In this document: piece by piece, positions 42,203 to 51,063 of the stretch | Position numbering within the stretch: the stretch's first letter is position 1 | Layout of the letters: every line of letters begins with the position of its first letter | Source of the DNA: an uncultured virus (IMG/VR IMGVR_UViG_3300027833_000038) | Lineage: Duplodnaviria > Heunggongvirae > Uroviricota > Caudoviricetes > Crassvirales | Virus record (IMG/VR): IMGVR_UViG_3300027833_000038 | Length of the DNA stretch: 64,000 bases | Reading direction: 5' to 3' (one strand) | Made by a program: the position numbers and the translations under genes | Notes under the pieces: model-generated | Told to the model about the DNA's origin: nothing | Seen by the model: only the letters and a program-made list of their open reading frames with translations | Database searches by the model: none

Positions 42203-44790
42203 TGAACGAGAAGTATACACAAATAAGAAAATATGTTAATGGTTTTCCCACTAGGGAAGAATCATCTAACTCTACGTCTGACCCAAACTACATCCCTCCT
42301 GTATTTGATGCAGGACCTTGTGTTAATTGCGAGCCAGACAACTCTGGAGATATAATAGAGTGGAGAGGACATAAATTTTATTGTGAACAAGAAGATGCAA
42401 TCGTACCTAACCCTACACCATCTCCTTCTCCAACACCAAGTCCGAGCCCGTCTCCGACTCCAGTGCCTACGCCTAGTCCAGTGCCTAGCCCTACGCCAAC
42501 GCCTAGCCCTAGCCCGTCCCCTAGCCCTAGTCCTGTACCAAATCCAACACCTAGTCCTGCTCCAGTAGTAGGTTATATATACTACAATTCTGTAAATTGC
42601 GACAACAATGTTAATATTGTTTTAAGAAGCAGTTCTGCATTAAGCAGTGGAACTATTGTTAGTGTTTCAGGATATTCAGATTGTTTTTCAGTTGGCACTG
42701 CTACCGTTGCTAGCGGAACAAATGACGTTACTGGTATTTATGCAAATTGTACCGAATGTGGAGACACACCTCCAACACCAACGCCTAGTCCAACGCCAAG
42801 TCCTATTCCTGCACCTGTACCAGCACCAAATCCTACTCCGAGCCCAGTACCAAATCCTACACCTATACCAACACCTGCTCCTGTAGGTTCGCCTGTACCA
42901 CCTGCCCCTAGTCCTAGTCCAGTGCCTAGTCCTACGCCTGCACCTACAACTAGTCCAGTAGTCGCACCCACGCCTAGCCCTATACCTGCACCTATACCAG
43001 CACCTAGCCCTATTCCTACGCCAGTAGCGGCTGCTGCTTATTCTTGTGGCGATGGAACAAGACAAGAGCTTACGTCTGACTATAACTACGGAAGTTATAC
43101 AGCAGTTACTATTTCTGGCTCAGACGGAGCTGACAATATCCTTAACTGGTCAGTTCTTGATAGACCAAATAGAATAAACGTAAACCAAGGAGGAAATATA
43201 ATATATACTACAGGATGGGTAGGAAGTGCTAATTATTCAGGTCCTTGGGGAGCTAGTTTAAGCACTGCTTCTTCAGGTAGCCAAAACTTTTCTTGGACAC
43301 AAACTAATAATAGAGAAATTAGAGTTGAATATGGACCTGCTGACTATCAAAATCAAATCGGAGATGCAGTAGAGTGGAGCATATCATGTAACACGGTTAC
43401 ACCAACACCTAGCCCTGTACCTGTAGCACCTAGCCCTAATCCAACGCCTAGCCCTACACCTGCACCTTCTTCTGTTTACATGGGAGATGGCACATGTTAT
43501 CAGTATAGAGCGCTTCCTGGTGCTGGAGGAGCTGCCGTTACTTACACGTTGAGTAGATGTTCTGATGGTGTTCTTTTTGACACTGTTGTTCAGTCTCCTG
43601 TAGTTCAATCGTATATATGTGGAAGAGAAATGAGCGCATCCGAAATTACTTTCACGGCTGGAGGTTCTATATCTCTTAGCGACTGGGGTAATTCAAATGG
43701 TGACTATGGATGTGGCAGTGGTTATAGTACTTCTCCATCACCAATACCAACACCTGCACCTGCGGTTACACCAACAGCGCCATCGGTTTCTCCGACAGCG
43801 CCAGCGGTTGCACCAACAGCGCCATCGCCAATACCAACGCCTAGTCCAGTTCCTAGCCCTACGCCAACGCCTGTGGTTCCTAGTTATAATTACTACGCCA
43901 TGAGAAGTTGTCCAGGAGGAACTCAGTATGATAGAATAGTGAGAACTACAGGAACCTATACTACGGCTTCCAATTCTGAGTCTACAGTTAGCATTAACGG
44001 AACCTGTTTCTATACGTACAATACTTCTTCTGAATTTAATTACAACAACCCTCTAAGTGGCGATTTAAGTTCTATGGACACTTCTTCACTTACAGTAATT
44101 GCAGGATGTACGGCTTGCCAAGGACCAGCACCTAGTCCGACACCTAGTCCGACACCTGCACCTGCTCCAGCAGTGGCTGCTTGTTATGAGTATAACTTAG
44201 CATCAGACGGAGGACAAAGTGTTCAGTTTTCTTATACTAGATGTGATGGAACTTCAATGAGTAGTTTTGTTCCTAACGGAGATTCAATACCCGTTTGTGC
44301 TCAAATCAACACTGTTACAATGACGCCTAATTCAGGAACGATAACAGCAGGTTCTTCATGTACAGCTAGCCCTAATCCAACACCTGTAGCGCCTAGCCCT
44401 ACCCCTGTAGCACCTAGCCCTAATCCTGTACCAAATCCAACACCTGTAGCACCTACGCCCAATCCAACGCCTACAGCGCCTAGCCCAGTACCAACAGCAC
44501 CTAGTCCTGTGTATACCCCTGTAGCGCCCACGCCTAATCCAGCGCCTACAGCTCCGAGTCCTGCGCCTGTAGCACCAACACCTAATCCAACACCTGTAGC
44601 GCCTAGTCCAGTGCCAACAGCGCCTTCTCCTGTATATACTCCAGAGCCTGTACCTGCTTCGCCAGTACCAGTGCCTTCTGCAAGTACGGCTGGATATAGT
44701 TGTATTGGAGGTGGATGTGTTTATGTTAGTTCTGGTGCTGGTTATGTAGGTTTAAAAGAGTGTAACCTAAATTGTGGAGGACAAGCATAA
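42202..44790 (+). CDS. Extensin-like multi-module protein: six Pro-rich tracts alternating with Cys-rich domains
   Basis: N-terminal [22 protein letters not shown] module; ends YSCIGGGC...ECNLNC. Confidence 0.8.
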   Translation: MNEKYTQIRKYVNGFPTREESSNSTSDPNYIPPVFDAGPCVNCEPDNSGDIIEWRGHKFYCEQEDAIVPNPTPSPSPTPSPSPSPTPVPTPSPVPSPTPTPSPSPSPSPSPVPNPTPSPAPVVGYIYYNSVNCDNNVNIVLRSSSALSSGTIVSVSGYSDCFSVGTATVASGTNDVTGIYANCTECGDTPPTPTPSPTPSPIPAPVPAPNPTPSPVPNPTPIPTPAPVGSPVPPAPSPSPVPSPTPAPTTSPVVAPTPSPIPAPIPAPSPIPTPVAAAAYSCGDGTRQELTSDYNYGSYTAVTISGSDGADNILNWSVLDRPNRINVNQGGNIIYTTGWVGSANYSGPWGASLSTASSGSQNFSWTQTNNREIRVEYGPADYQNQIGDAVEWSISCNTVTPTPSPVPVAPSPNPTPSPTPAPSSVYMGDGTCYQYRALPGAGGAAVTYTLSRCSDGVLFDTVVQSPVVQSYICGREMSASEITFTAGGSISLSDWGNSNGDYGCGSGYSTSPSPIPTPAPAVTPTAPSVSPTAPAVAPTAPSPIPTPSPVPSPTPTPVVPSYNYYAMRSCPGGTQYDRIVRTTGTYTTASNSESTVSINGTCFYTYNTSSEFNYNNPLSGDLSSMDTSSLTVIAGCTACQGPAPSPTPSPTPAPAPAVAACYEYNLASDGGQSVQFSYTRCDGTSMSSFVPNGDSIPVCAQINTVTMTPNSGTITAGSSCTASPNPTPVAPSPTPVAPSPNPVPNPTPVAPTPNPTPTAPSPVPTAPSPVYTPVAPTPNPAPTAPSPAPVAPTPNPTPVAPSPVPTAPSPVYTPEPVPASPVPVPSASTAGYSCIGGGCVYVSSGAGYVGLKECNLNCGGQA

Positions 44791-44823
44791 TTGATGATAG
44801 TGATTTGAATGTAAAATTTTAAT

Positions 44824-45333
44824 ATGGGATACTTAAGCAACACAGAAAATATAGTAAATTCAAATGGAAGAAACTGGTCTATTGAAAAGATAGATGGTGA
44901 TATTAAGTTTACATGCTGGAGAGAAGAGGGTGTTCCTAGTAGTTACAAAGATAGCAACTACATAGACTTCATGACTAGAAGCCTCACAAAAACCGAGTAT
45001 CCAAAGGTGCTTATGTCTGGACTAGGAATTGGAGTCGTGCCACAATGGCTTTGCGAAACTAAAAACTCCTCAGTAGATGTAGTAGAAATAGATACAGAGT
45101 TAATTAATTCTGTAAATTCCATGAATTATCTACACGATAATATAAACATTATAAACGCAAGCATCTATAGTTATACTACACAACTAAATTATGACTTAAT
45201 ATACTTTGACCATTGGTTTTTTGTTAATGAAGATAACTTTGGATTTGAAAAAAACGCACTAGTTGATAGGTTTGTTGGTAATAAAAATGAAGAATCTGTT
45301 ATTGTTTTCCCCGTACATAACGAAATTTTTTAA
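44824..45333 (+). CDS. Class I SAM-dependent methyltransferase (spermidine-synthase-like fold)
   Basis: VLMSGLGIG, VDVVEID, YDLIYFD. Confidence 0.75.
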   Translation: MGYLSNTENIVNSNGRNWSIEKIDGDIKFTCWREEGVPSSYKDSNYIDFMTRSLTKTEYPKVLMSGLGIGVVPQWLCETKNSSVDVVEIDTELINSVNSMNYLHDNINIINASIYSYTTQLNYDLIYFDHWFFVNEDNFGFEKNALVDRFVGNKNEESVIVFPVHNEIF

Positions 45334-45370
45334 TAACTTTATGGTAAAATTTTAATTTAAATCAAATACA

Positions 45371-46660
45371 ATGCTTAATGAAATTCCAAACTTCTTATCA
45401 CACCAAGAGTGTGACATGCTTGTTCAGTTAATCGAAAGCAACAATCAACGCTCTCAAGTTGCAGGTGCTGGTGCAGAAAATGCAAAAGTAGAAGACAGTA
45501 GAACTTCCTCTACTTGCAACTTTGGAGAAGACATGTTATTCGGTAATGCCCTTAAAGATAAAGCGGCAAAAGAGCTTAACTTAAACTTCAATAAAGGAGA
45601 GACCCTTCAGGGTCAAAAGTACGAGCCAGGTCAATATTTTAGACCTCACTTAGACTGGTTTCAAGGAGACTCGTTTTACAACCATTGCTTACATTCAGGA
45701 AACAGAACTCATACTCTTATGATTTATCTAAATGATGAATTTGAAGGAGGAGGAACTGATTTTCCAAATTTAGGAATTACTGTAAAACCAGAAAAAGGAA
45801 AAGCCGTTTGGTGGAGAAACCTAGATGATAACATGCAAGGCATACAAGACGTTATGCATGAGGGTCAAGATGTTACATCGGGAACTAAATACATTGTAAC
45901 AAGTTGGTGGAGGGAAAATGAATTTAACGGAGCAGAAAACCAAAGACTAGGTACTGAGCACTGGAAAAATAAAAAAATTTTAGAGTCTGAAATTAAAAAC
46001 GACAGACCAGAAGTTTCAACAGAATCTTTAGATAGCAACATAAAAACTTTTAAAACCGTAGATGAAATTCCTAGATTTACAGAGAATGGATTTATGAAGA
46101 TGAAAGTTCCGCCAGATATTTGGGGACTAATACAAGACTCTTACTTCTTACTACAAGACAAGGAAATTGTCGAAGAGTTTGAGGGGAAGGCTGGAATTAT
46201 TGAGACTAACCAAGAAGGAGCTGCAAGTAGCACAATACTAAGTTTTGAACATATTCCAAACATAAGAACAAAAATACACGAAATGTTGCTGCCTTATCAT
46301 GAAGAATGGGCTAAAACTAGGTTAACTCCTTCATTTGTTTATGGCATACGCTCTTATCAAAGAGGAGCTACATTGGCTTCACACGTAGACAGAATTGCAA
46401 CACACCACATATCAACTATTATTATTGTAGATAAAGACCTAAAATGCGGATGTGTTAATAGAGAATTTGGAGACGACTGGGCTCTTGAAATTAAAGGTCA
46501 CGATGGAGAACAGTATGAAGTTTTTGCAGAGCCAGGAGAAATGATTCTTTATGAATCTGCTGTTTGTGAACACGGAAGAAGTAAACCCTTTCAGGGAACA
46601 AATTTTAAAAACTTTTATACTCATTACCAACTTGTAGACTGGAAATATGACGGAAACTAA
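45371..46660 (+). CDS. Prolyl 4-hydroxylase fused to a second 2OG-Fe(II) oxygenase domain
   Basis: RTSS..YEPGQYFRPHLD..IYLND.FEGGGTDFP..HEG..V.SGTKY; second domain YGIRSY..HVDR..EHGR. Confidence 0.85.
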   Translation: MLNEIPNFLSHQECDMLVQLIESNNQRSQVAGAGAENAKVEDSRTSSTCNFGEDMLFGNALKDKAAKELNLNFNKGETLQGQKYEPGQYFRPHLDWFQGDSFYNHCLHSGNRTHTLMIYLNDEFEGGGTDFPNLGITVKPEKGKAVWWRNLDDNMQGIQDVMHEGQDVTSGTKYIVTSWWRENEFNGAENQRLGTEHWKNKKILESEIKNDRPEVSTESLDSNIKTFKTVDEIPRFTENGFMKMKVPPDIWGLIQDSYFLLQDKEIVEEFEGKAGIIETNQEGAASSTILSFEHIPNIRTKIHEMLLPYHEEWAKTRLTPSFVYGIRSYQRGATLASHVDRIATHHISTIIIVDKDLKCGCVNREFGDDWALEIKGHDGEQYEVFAEPGEMILYESAVCEHGRSKPFQGTNFKNFYTHYQLVDWKYDGN

Positions 46661-49211
46661 ATACATATCATTTGACCCGTGGTGGGGAGGTTTCTCCAAC
46701 ATTAGAATGACGTATGAATTAATAGGAGCACTATCTGTAATTACAGGTAGAAAGATTATTTTGCCTCATAGAATATATTGTTTATTTCTATCAGAGTGGC
46801 AAAATAAAGAGTCATGGTTTGACATGTTTGATGCTTTAGACAAATCTAAGTTTAAAGAGCATTTTGATTGCGTAGAATATTTTGATATACCCGATTATGA
46901 AAATCTTGAAAATGATAAACAATATTTCGAAAACATATCGTCTATTGCGAAAAGTATTACTTTTGGCGACCAAGACACCCACCTAGGTCCTCAGAACGGT
47001 CCAGGAAACGATTATGTACTTCATTGCGGCATAGAAGACCAAGAAGAGTTTGAGGCTTTTAGAGACAACAGAAAGCCCATTGATTTAGATGTAGAAGATA
47101 AGTACATTCATTTCCCTAGAAATCTTTTTGGACATTTTTATTATCACGTGTATGGGAAAACTCCAATACTAAGAAATAAAATAAAAGAAAAAGTTAACAA
47201 AGGAATACAATACAGAAATGAATTTTTTGATGCTTCTCAAGTAATAGCAGACAAATTAGGTCCTTTTAATGCTATACACGTAAGAAGAGGAGACTTCTTG
47301 TCTGTAAGAAAAGATGTTGCTGAGGCTCAGACAGAAAATTTGTTTCAAGATATATCTGAAAGAATACCAAACGACAAACCTTTATTTATAGCGACAGATG
47401 AGCAAGATAAATCTGTGTTCTTGCCCTTAAAGAATCGTTATAATATTTTTTATTTAACGGATTTTCAACACGACACAAGGGACCACGCTGAGTTGCTTAT
47501 TGACCAAATAATATGTGCTAAAGCAGATATATTTTTAGGAAGCTTTTTGTCTACTTTTTCTGATTACTCAAACATAATTAGAGGTCAGGAAGGTAAAGAA
47601 GATTTTCATAGAGAAGGAACAAACTTTAAAAGAGAGCCTCTTGTATACGACAGGTTTCCTTGGGAGGTTGAAGAATACTCTTGGGATAAGACATGGGACT
47701 TTCAATGGAAGTACGAAAAGTCTTTTTTCAATATAGGCGTATATGGCTCTCACAACTCTAGTGTTGCATTATCACACAAGGGGGATGTAGTTGAGGTTGT
47801 AGAGCTTGAAAGATGGGTAGGAAAAAAGAATGCTGCTTTTTATTTTCATTTTCCAGAAAGCAATCCAGACGAACTTTTAGTTGAAATACACGAATACTTT
47901 AAAGACAAGTATGGGGTTTATGTTTATGACAATTGTATGTACAATAGCTGTCTTACTAATATAAATAAAATTCCTGCATTAAACTACGAATGGGTTTCTC
48001 ATCATTTAGCTCATGTAACAAACACCATATACCAATCTCCAGCAACTAAGAGTCTAAATATTTCATTTGATGGCGGTTCTGATGAGGGGCACTTTAATAT
48101 TTACGTTACAGAAAATAGAATACCTACAAAAATATATAGCACAAAACAAGATGTTTGTGTTCCTTACGCATCAGTAGGGCACTACTTGTCTCCAATAAAA
48201 CAAGAAGAGAATTGGTGGTGGGGCAACTTAACTTATGCTGGTAAACTTATGGGACTATCTGCTTATGGCAAGGTAAATCCTGACGACTACAGCAAGATGA
48301 CGGAATATTTTAAACTTCAACAAACAGACGATGTTAATATTGCTCATGAAAACTTTCAAAGAATATTTCAGGTTACGCCTGGAGATAGATTTGATGAAGA
48401 GCGTTCTTATGATATAGCCGCTTGTACACAAAAGGTATTTGAAGATATATTTAGTGAAATAATAACTCCTTATGTTGAGCAGCACAAAGGTTATCAACTT
48501 CAATTTAGTGGTGGAGGAGCCTTAAACGTTATTAATAATGCAAAATGGAATGCATTTGTAAGCCCTAATCCAGACGACAGAGGTTTATCTTTAGGGATGA
48601 TACTTCATAAAATAAAGCCAGGAGGTGTAATTAATTCTAAATTTATTGGACCTGAAATGTGGGATACTTATGAGAATTACCAGCCTTATCCACTAGACGA
48701 TTTAATTTATGATTTAACAACTGAAAAAATAATTGGTCTTTGTCAGGGTCGTTCAGAGTATGGAGCTAGAGCTCTGTGTAACAGAACTTTACTTTGTTCC
48801 CCTAGAAAAGGAATGAAAGACAAGCTGAATAGAGACGTAAAAAAAAGAGAGTCTTTTAGACCCTTTGCTCCTGTGTGCAGAAAAGAAGACGCACACATTT
48901 GGTTTGAACACGGAGAATATACTGACTACATGAGTCACAATGCAACCGTACATAATGTTGTGGATGATATAGCTTCTGTTATACATGAAGACTATACAGC
49001 AAGACTACAAACAGTAACTTCTGAATCTAATCCCTTCATGTACTTACTACTTACTAGAATGAAAGAGCTAGGACACCCTCCTGTACTTATAAACACTTCG
49101 TTTAATTTAATGGGAAAACCAATTTTAAATAGCTGGAAAGAAGCATTTGAGCTAAGGGATGGTGGTGGAATTCACTCTATAACCGATGGAACAAATAGAA
49201 TATTATCATGA
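46647..49211 (+). CDS. O-fucosyltransferase-like domain fused to NodU/CmcH carbamoyltransferase
   Basis: GGFSNIR, AIHVRRGDF, FIATDE, DQIIC..A..FLGS..STFS; HHLAH, GKLMGLSAYG, SGGGALN, RESFRPFAP, INTSFN. Confidence 0.85.
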   Translation: MTETKYISFDPWWGGFSNIRMTYELIGALSVITGRKIILPHRIYCLFLSEWQNKESWFDMFDALDKSKFKEHFDCVEYFDIPDYENLENDKQYFENISSIAKSITFGDQDTHLGPQNGPGNDYVLHCGIEDQEEFEAFRDNRKPIDLDVEDKYIHFPRNLFGHFYYHVYGKTPILRNKIKEKVNKGIQYRNEFFDASQVIADKLGPFNAIHVRRGDFLSVRKDVAEAQTENLFQDISERIPNDKPLFIATDEQDKSVFLPLKNRYNIFYLTDFQHDTRDHAELLIDQIICAKADIFLGSFLSTFSDYSNIIRGQEGKEDFHREGTNFKREPLVYDRFPWEVEEYSWDKTWDFQWKYEKSFFNIGVYGSHNSSVALSHKGDVVEVVELERWVGKKNAAFYFHFPESNPDELLVEIHEYFKDKYGVYVYDNCMYNSCLTNINKIPALNYEWVSHHLAHVTNTIYQSPATKSLNISFDGGSDEGHFNIYVTENRIPTKIYSTKQDVCVPYASVGHYLSPIKQEENWWWGNLTYAGKLMGLSAYGKVNPDDYSKMTEYFKLQQTDDVNIAHENFQRIFQVTPGDRFDEERSYDIAACTQKVFEDIFSEIITPYVEQHKGYQLQFSGGGALNVINNAKWNAFVSPNPDDRGLSLGMILHKIKPGGVINSKFIGPEMWDTYENYQPYPLDDLIYDLTTEKIIGLCQGRSEYGARALCNRTLLCSPRKGMKDKLNRDVKKRESFRPFAPVCRKEDAHIWFEHGEYTDYMSHNATVHNVVDDIASVIHEDYTARLQTVTSESNPFMYLLLTRMKELGHPPVLINTSFNLMGKPILNSWKEAFELRDGGGIHSITDGTNRILS

Positions 49212-50062
49212 AAAGAATATTTATAAGCATATCCTCATATAGGGACCCAGACCTTATTAATACAATAGACGATGCACTAATGAAAGCATCCATTCCCGAA
49301 AGAATTGGCTTTGGAGTTGTTTTTCAGGGAACTAGAAACGAGTTCTTAGAGTTCCTGCCAAAAACTAATAACAAATTAGTATATATAAAACACGTTGAGA
49401 TTGAAGATTCAAAGGGAACAGGATGGGCTAGAAACCTCATAACTAAAACTATGTTAGAGACTGAAGACTATTTTCTTCAAATAGATTCCCACACTAGATT
49501 TAAAAAAAACTGGGATGTTGAACTAATATCTTTTTATGAATCAATCGGAGAAGAGTGTATGGTTTCTGCGTACCCTCCTCACTTTGGAAGAAATGAAACG
49601 TATGAAGTTTACTCAAAAAGAAACTTAAATAATCATGCTATAGTTGTAGGCTTTACAGAAATGTACTCATTTAAAGACACTAAGGGTCGTATTCCAGAAG
49701 AAGACTATGAAGATTCTATAACTGCTGCTGGAGCTTTTCAGTTTTGCTCAAACGAGGTGGCTAAGTCATTGACCTTTGAAGAATACTTTAATCCATGGAT
49801 GGACCAAGAAATTTCTTCTTGCCTTGCATATATGGGTGGTTACAATATATATGCTCCTAAAGATGCTTTTGTTTGGCATTGTTATGCAGATAATCATATA
49901 GGTTCAGACGAAAAATGGAGACCTCTTATTGCTGATGACAGAATTATATCAGATTTTGACAGGTATCCTTTTGAAACAATAAAGACTTGGAAAAGAAATA
50001 GGTCTTTTGAAGATTGGAAAAATAGAGTTCAAGAGGATATTAATTTAATTAAAGATTGGTAA
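49208..50062 (+). CDS. GT60 (Gnt1-like) GlcNAc transferase
   Basis: IFISISSYRDP, SKGTGWAR, FLQIDSHTRF..NWD. Confidence 0.8.
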   Translation: MKRIFISISSYRDPDLINTIDDALMKASIPERIGFGVVFQGTRNEFLEFLPKTNNKLVYIKHVEIEDSKGTGWARNLITKTMLETEDYFLQIDSHTRFKKNWDVELISFYESIGEECMVSAYPPHFGRNETYEVYSKRNLNNHAIVVGFTEMYSFKDTKGRIPEEDYEDSITAAGAFQFCSNEVAKSLTFEEYFNPWMDQEISSCLAYMGGYNIYAPKDAFVWHCYADNHIGSDEKWRPLIADDRIISDFDRYPFETIKTWKRNRSFEDWKNRVQEDINLIKDW

Positions 50063-51042
50063 TGATAAAAACAGCTTTAGTATTAGGAGGAGGAGGATTT
50101 ATAGGTTCTCATTTAGTTAAAAGATTAAAAGAAGAGGGCTACTTTGTTAGGGCAGTAGATTTAAAAAAACCCGAATTTTGGAAAAGTTATGCTGACGAAT
50201 TTATTGTAGGAGACTTAAGAAATCCTCAAATAACTAATTCAGCATTTTCTCATTTAGAGGAAAAAACTTATTTCGATGAAGTTTACCAACTTGCTGCTGA
50301 CATGGGAGGAGCTGGATATTTATTTACAGGAGACAGTGATGCAGATATAATGCACAACTCTGGTTTGATAAATCTAAACGTTCTTCATGCTGCTAATGAA
50401 AAAGGATGCGGAAAGCTTTTTTACGCAAGTAGTGCTTGTGTATATCCTGAGTACAATCAAATAGACCCCGAAAGCCCCAAGTGTACAGAAGACAGTGTTT
50501 ATCCAGCAGAACCAGATTCTGAGTATGGATGGGAGAAACTGTTTAGTGAAAGAATGTACATGGCTTTTGCAAGAAACAAAGAAATAAACGTAAGAATAGC
50601 TAGATTTCACGGCATATTTGGTCCTTACGGAACTTGGAATGACGGAAAAGAAAAAGCTCCTGCTGCAATATGCAGAAAAGTTGCAGAATCAAAAGACAGT
50701 ATTGAAATCTGGGGAGACGGAGAACAGACTCGTTCTTTTATGTATATAGATGATGCTGTAGAAACAATTAGAAGATTTATGATGAACGATGACTTTCAAG
50801 GTCCAATGAACATAGGCTCTGAAGAGATGGTTACTATCAATCAATATGCGGACATGGTAATGTCTGTAGCTGATAAATATTTAGATATAGTTCATATAGA
50901 AGGACCCCAAGGAGTTAGAGGAAGAAACTCAGATAACACCTTAATGGAAGAGAAACTTGGATGGACTCCAGACGGTTCTTTAATAGACGGAATACATAAA
51001 ACTTATCAGTGGATTGAGAAGCAAGTGCAAAAAACGTCCTAA
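50056..51042 (+). CDS. GDP-mannose 3,5-epimerase-like NAD-dependent epimerase
   Basis: GGGGFIG, LAADMGG, SSACVYP, YGWEK, EKAPAAICRK, GVRGRNSDN. Confidence 0.85.
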   Translation: MVMIKTALVLGGGGFIGSHLVKRLKEEGYFVRAVDLKKPEFWKSYADEFIVGDLRNPQITNSAFSHLEEKTYFDEVYQLAADMGGAGYLFTGDSDADIMHNSGLINLNVLHAANEKGCGKLFYASSACVYPEYNQIDPESPKCTEDSVYPAEPDSEYGWEKLFSERMYMAFARNKEINVRIARFHGIFGPYGTWNDGKEKAPAAICRKVAESKDSIEIWGDGEQTRSFMYIDDAVETIRRFMMNDDFQGPMNIGSEEMVTINQYADMVMSVADKYLDIVHIEGPQGVRGRNSDNTLMEEKLGWTPDGSLIDGIHKTYQWIEKQVQKTS

Positions 51043-51060
51043 ATAATATTGTAAATTTGC
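51027..51060 (+). promoter_or_regulatory. Promoter (TAAATTTG 51052-51059), near-leaderless
   Basis: TAnnTTTG 4 nt before ATG; upstream GCAAAAAACGT. Confidence 0.6.
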
Positions 51061-51063
51061 TGT

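Noticed and set aside
38105..44531. Minus-strand Gly-Val/Gly-Leu repeat ORFs
   Set aside because: Antisense shadows of Pro codons (CCN read as NGG/GGN); no independent signals
36977..44680. CRISPR-like or satellite array
   Set aside because: Repeats are in-frame coding and degenerate at third positions, with no constant repeat/unique spacer structure
36977..44680. Collagen-like substrate for the P4H
   Set aside because: No Gly-X-Y periodicity; the pattern is Pro-X
36965..51042. Eukaryotic or giant-virus contamination/chimera
   Set aside because: Intronless overlapping genes, Bacteroidota-type promoter elements, in-frame fusion to the phage hub gene, and the same apparent GATC avoidance as the flanks
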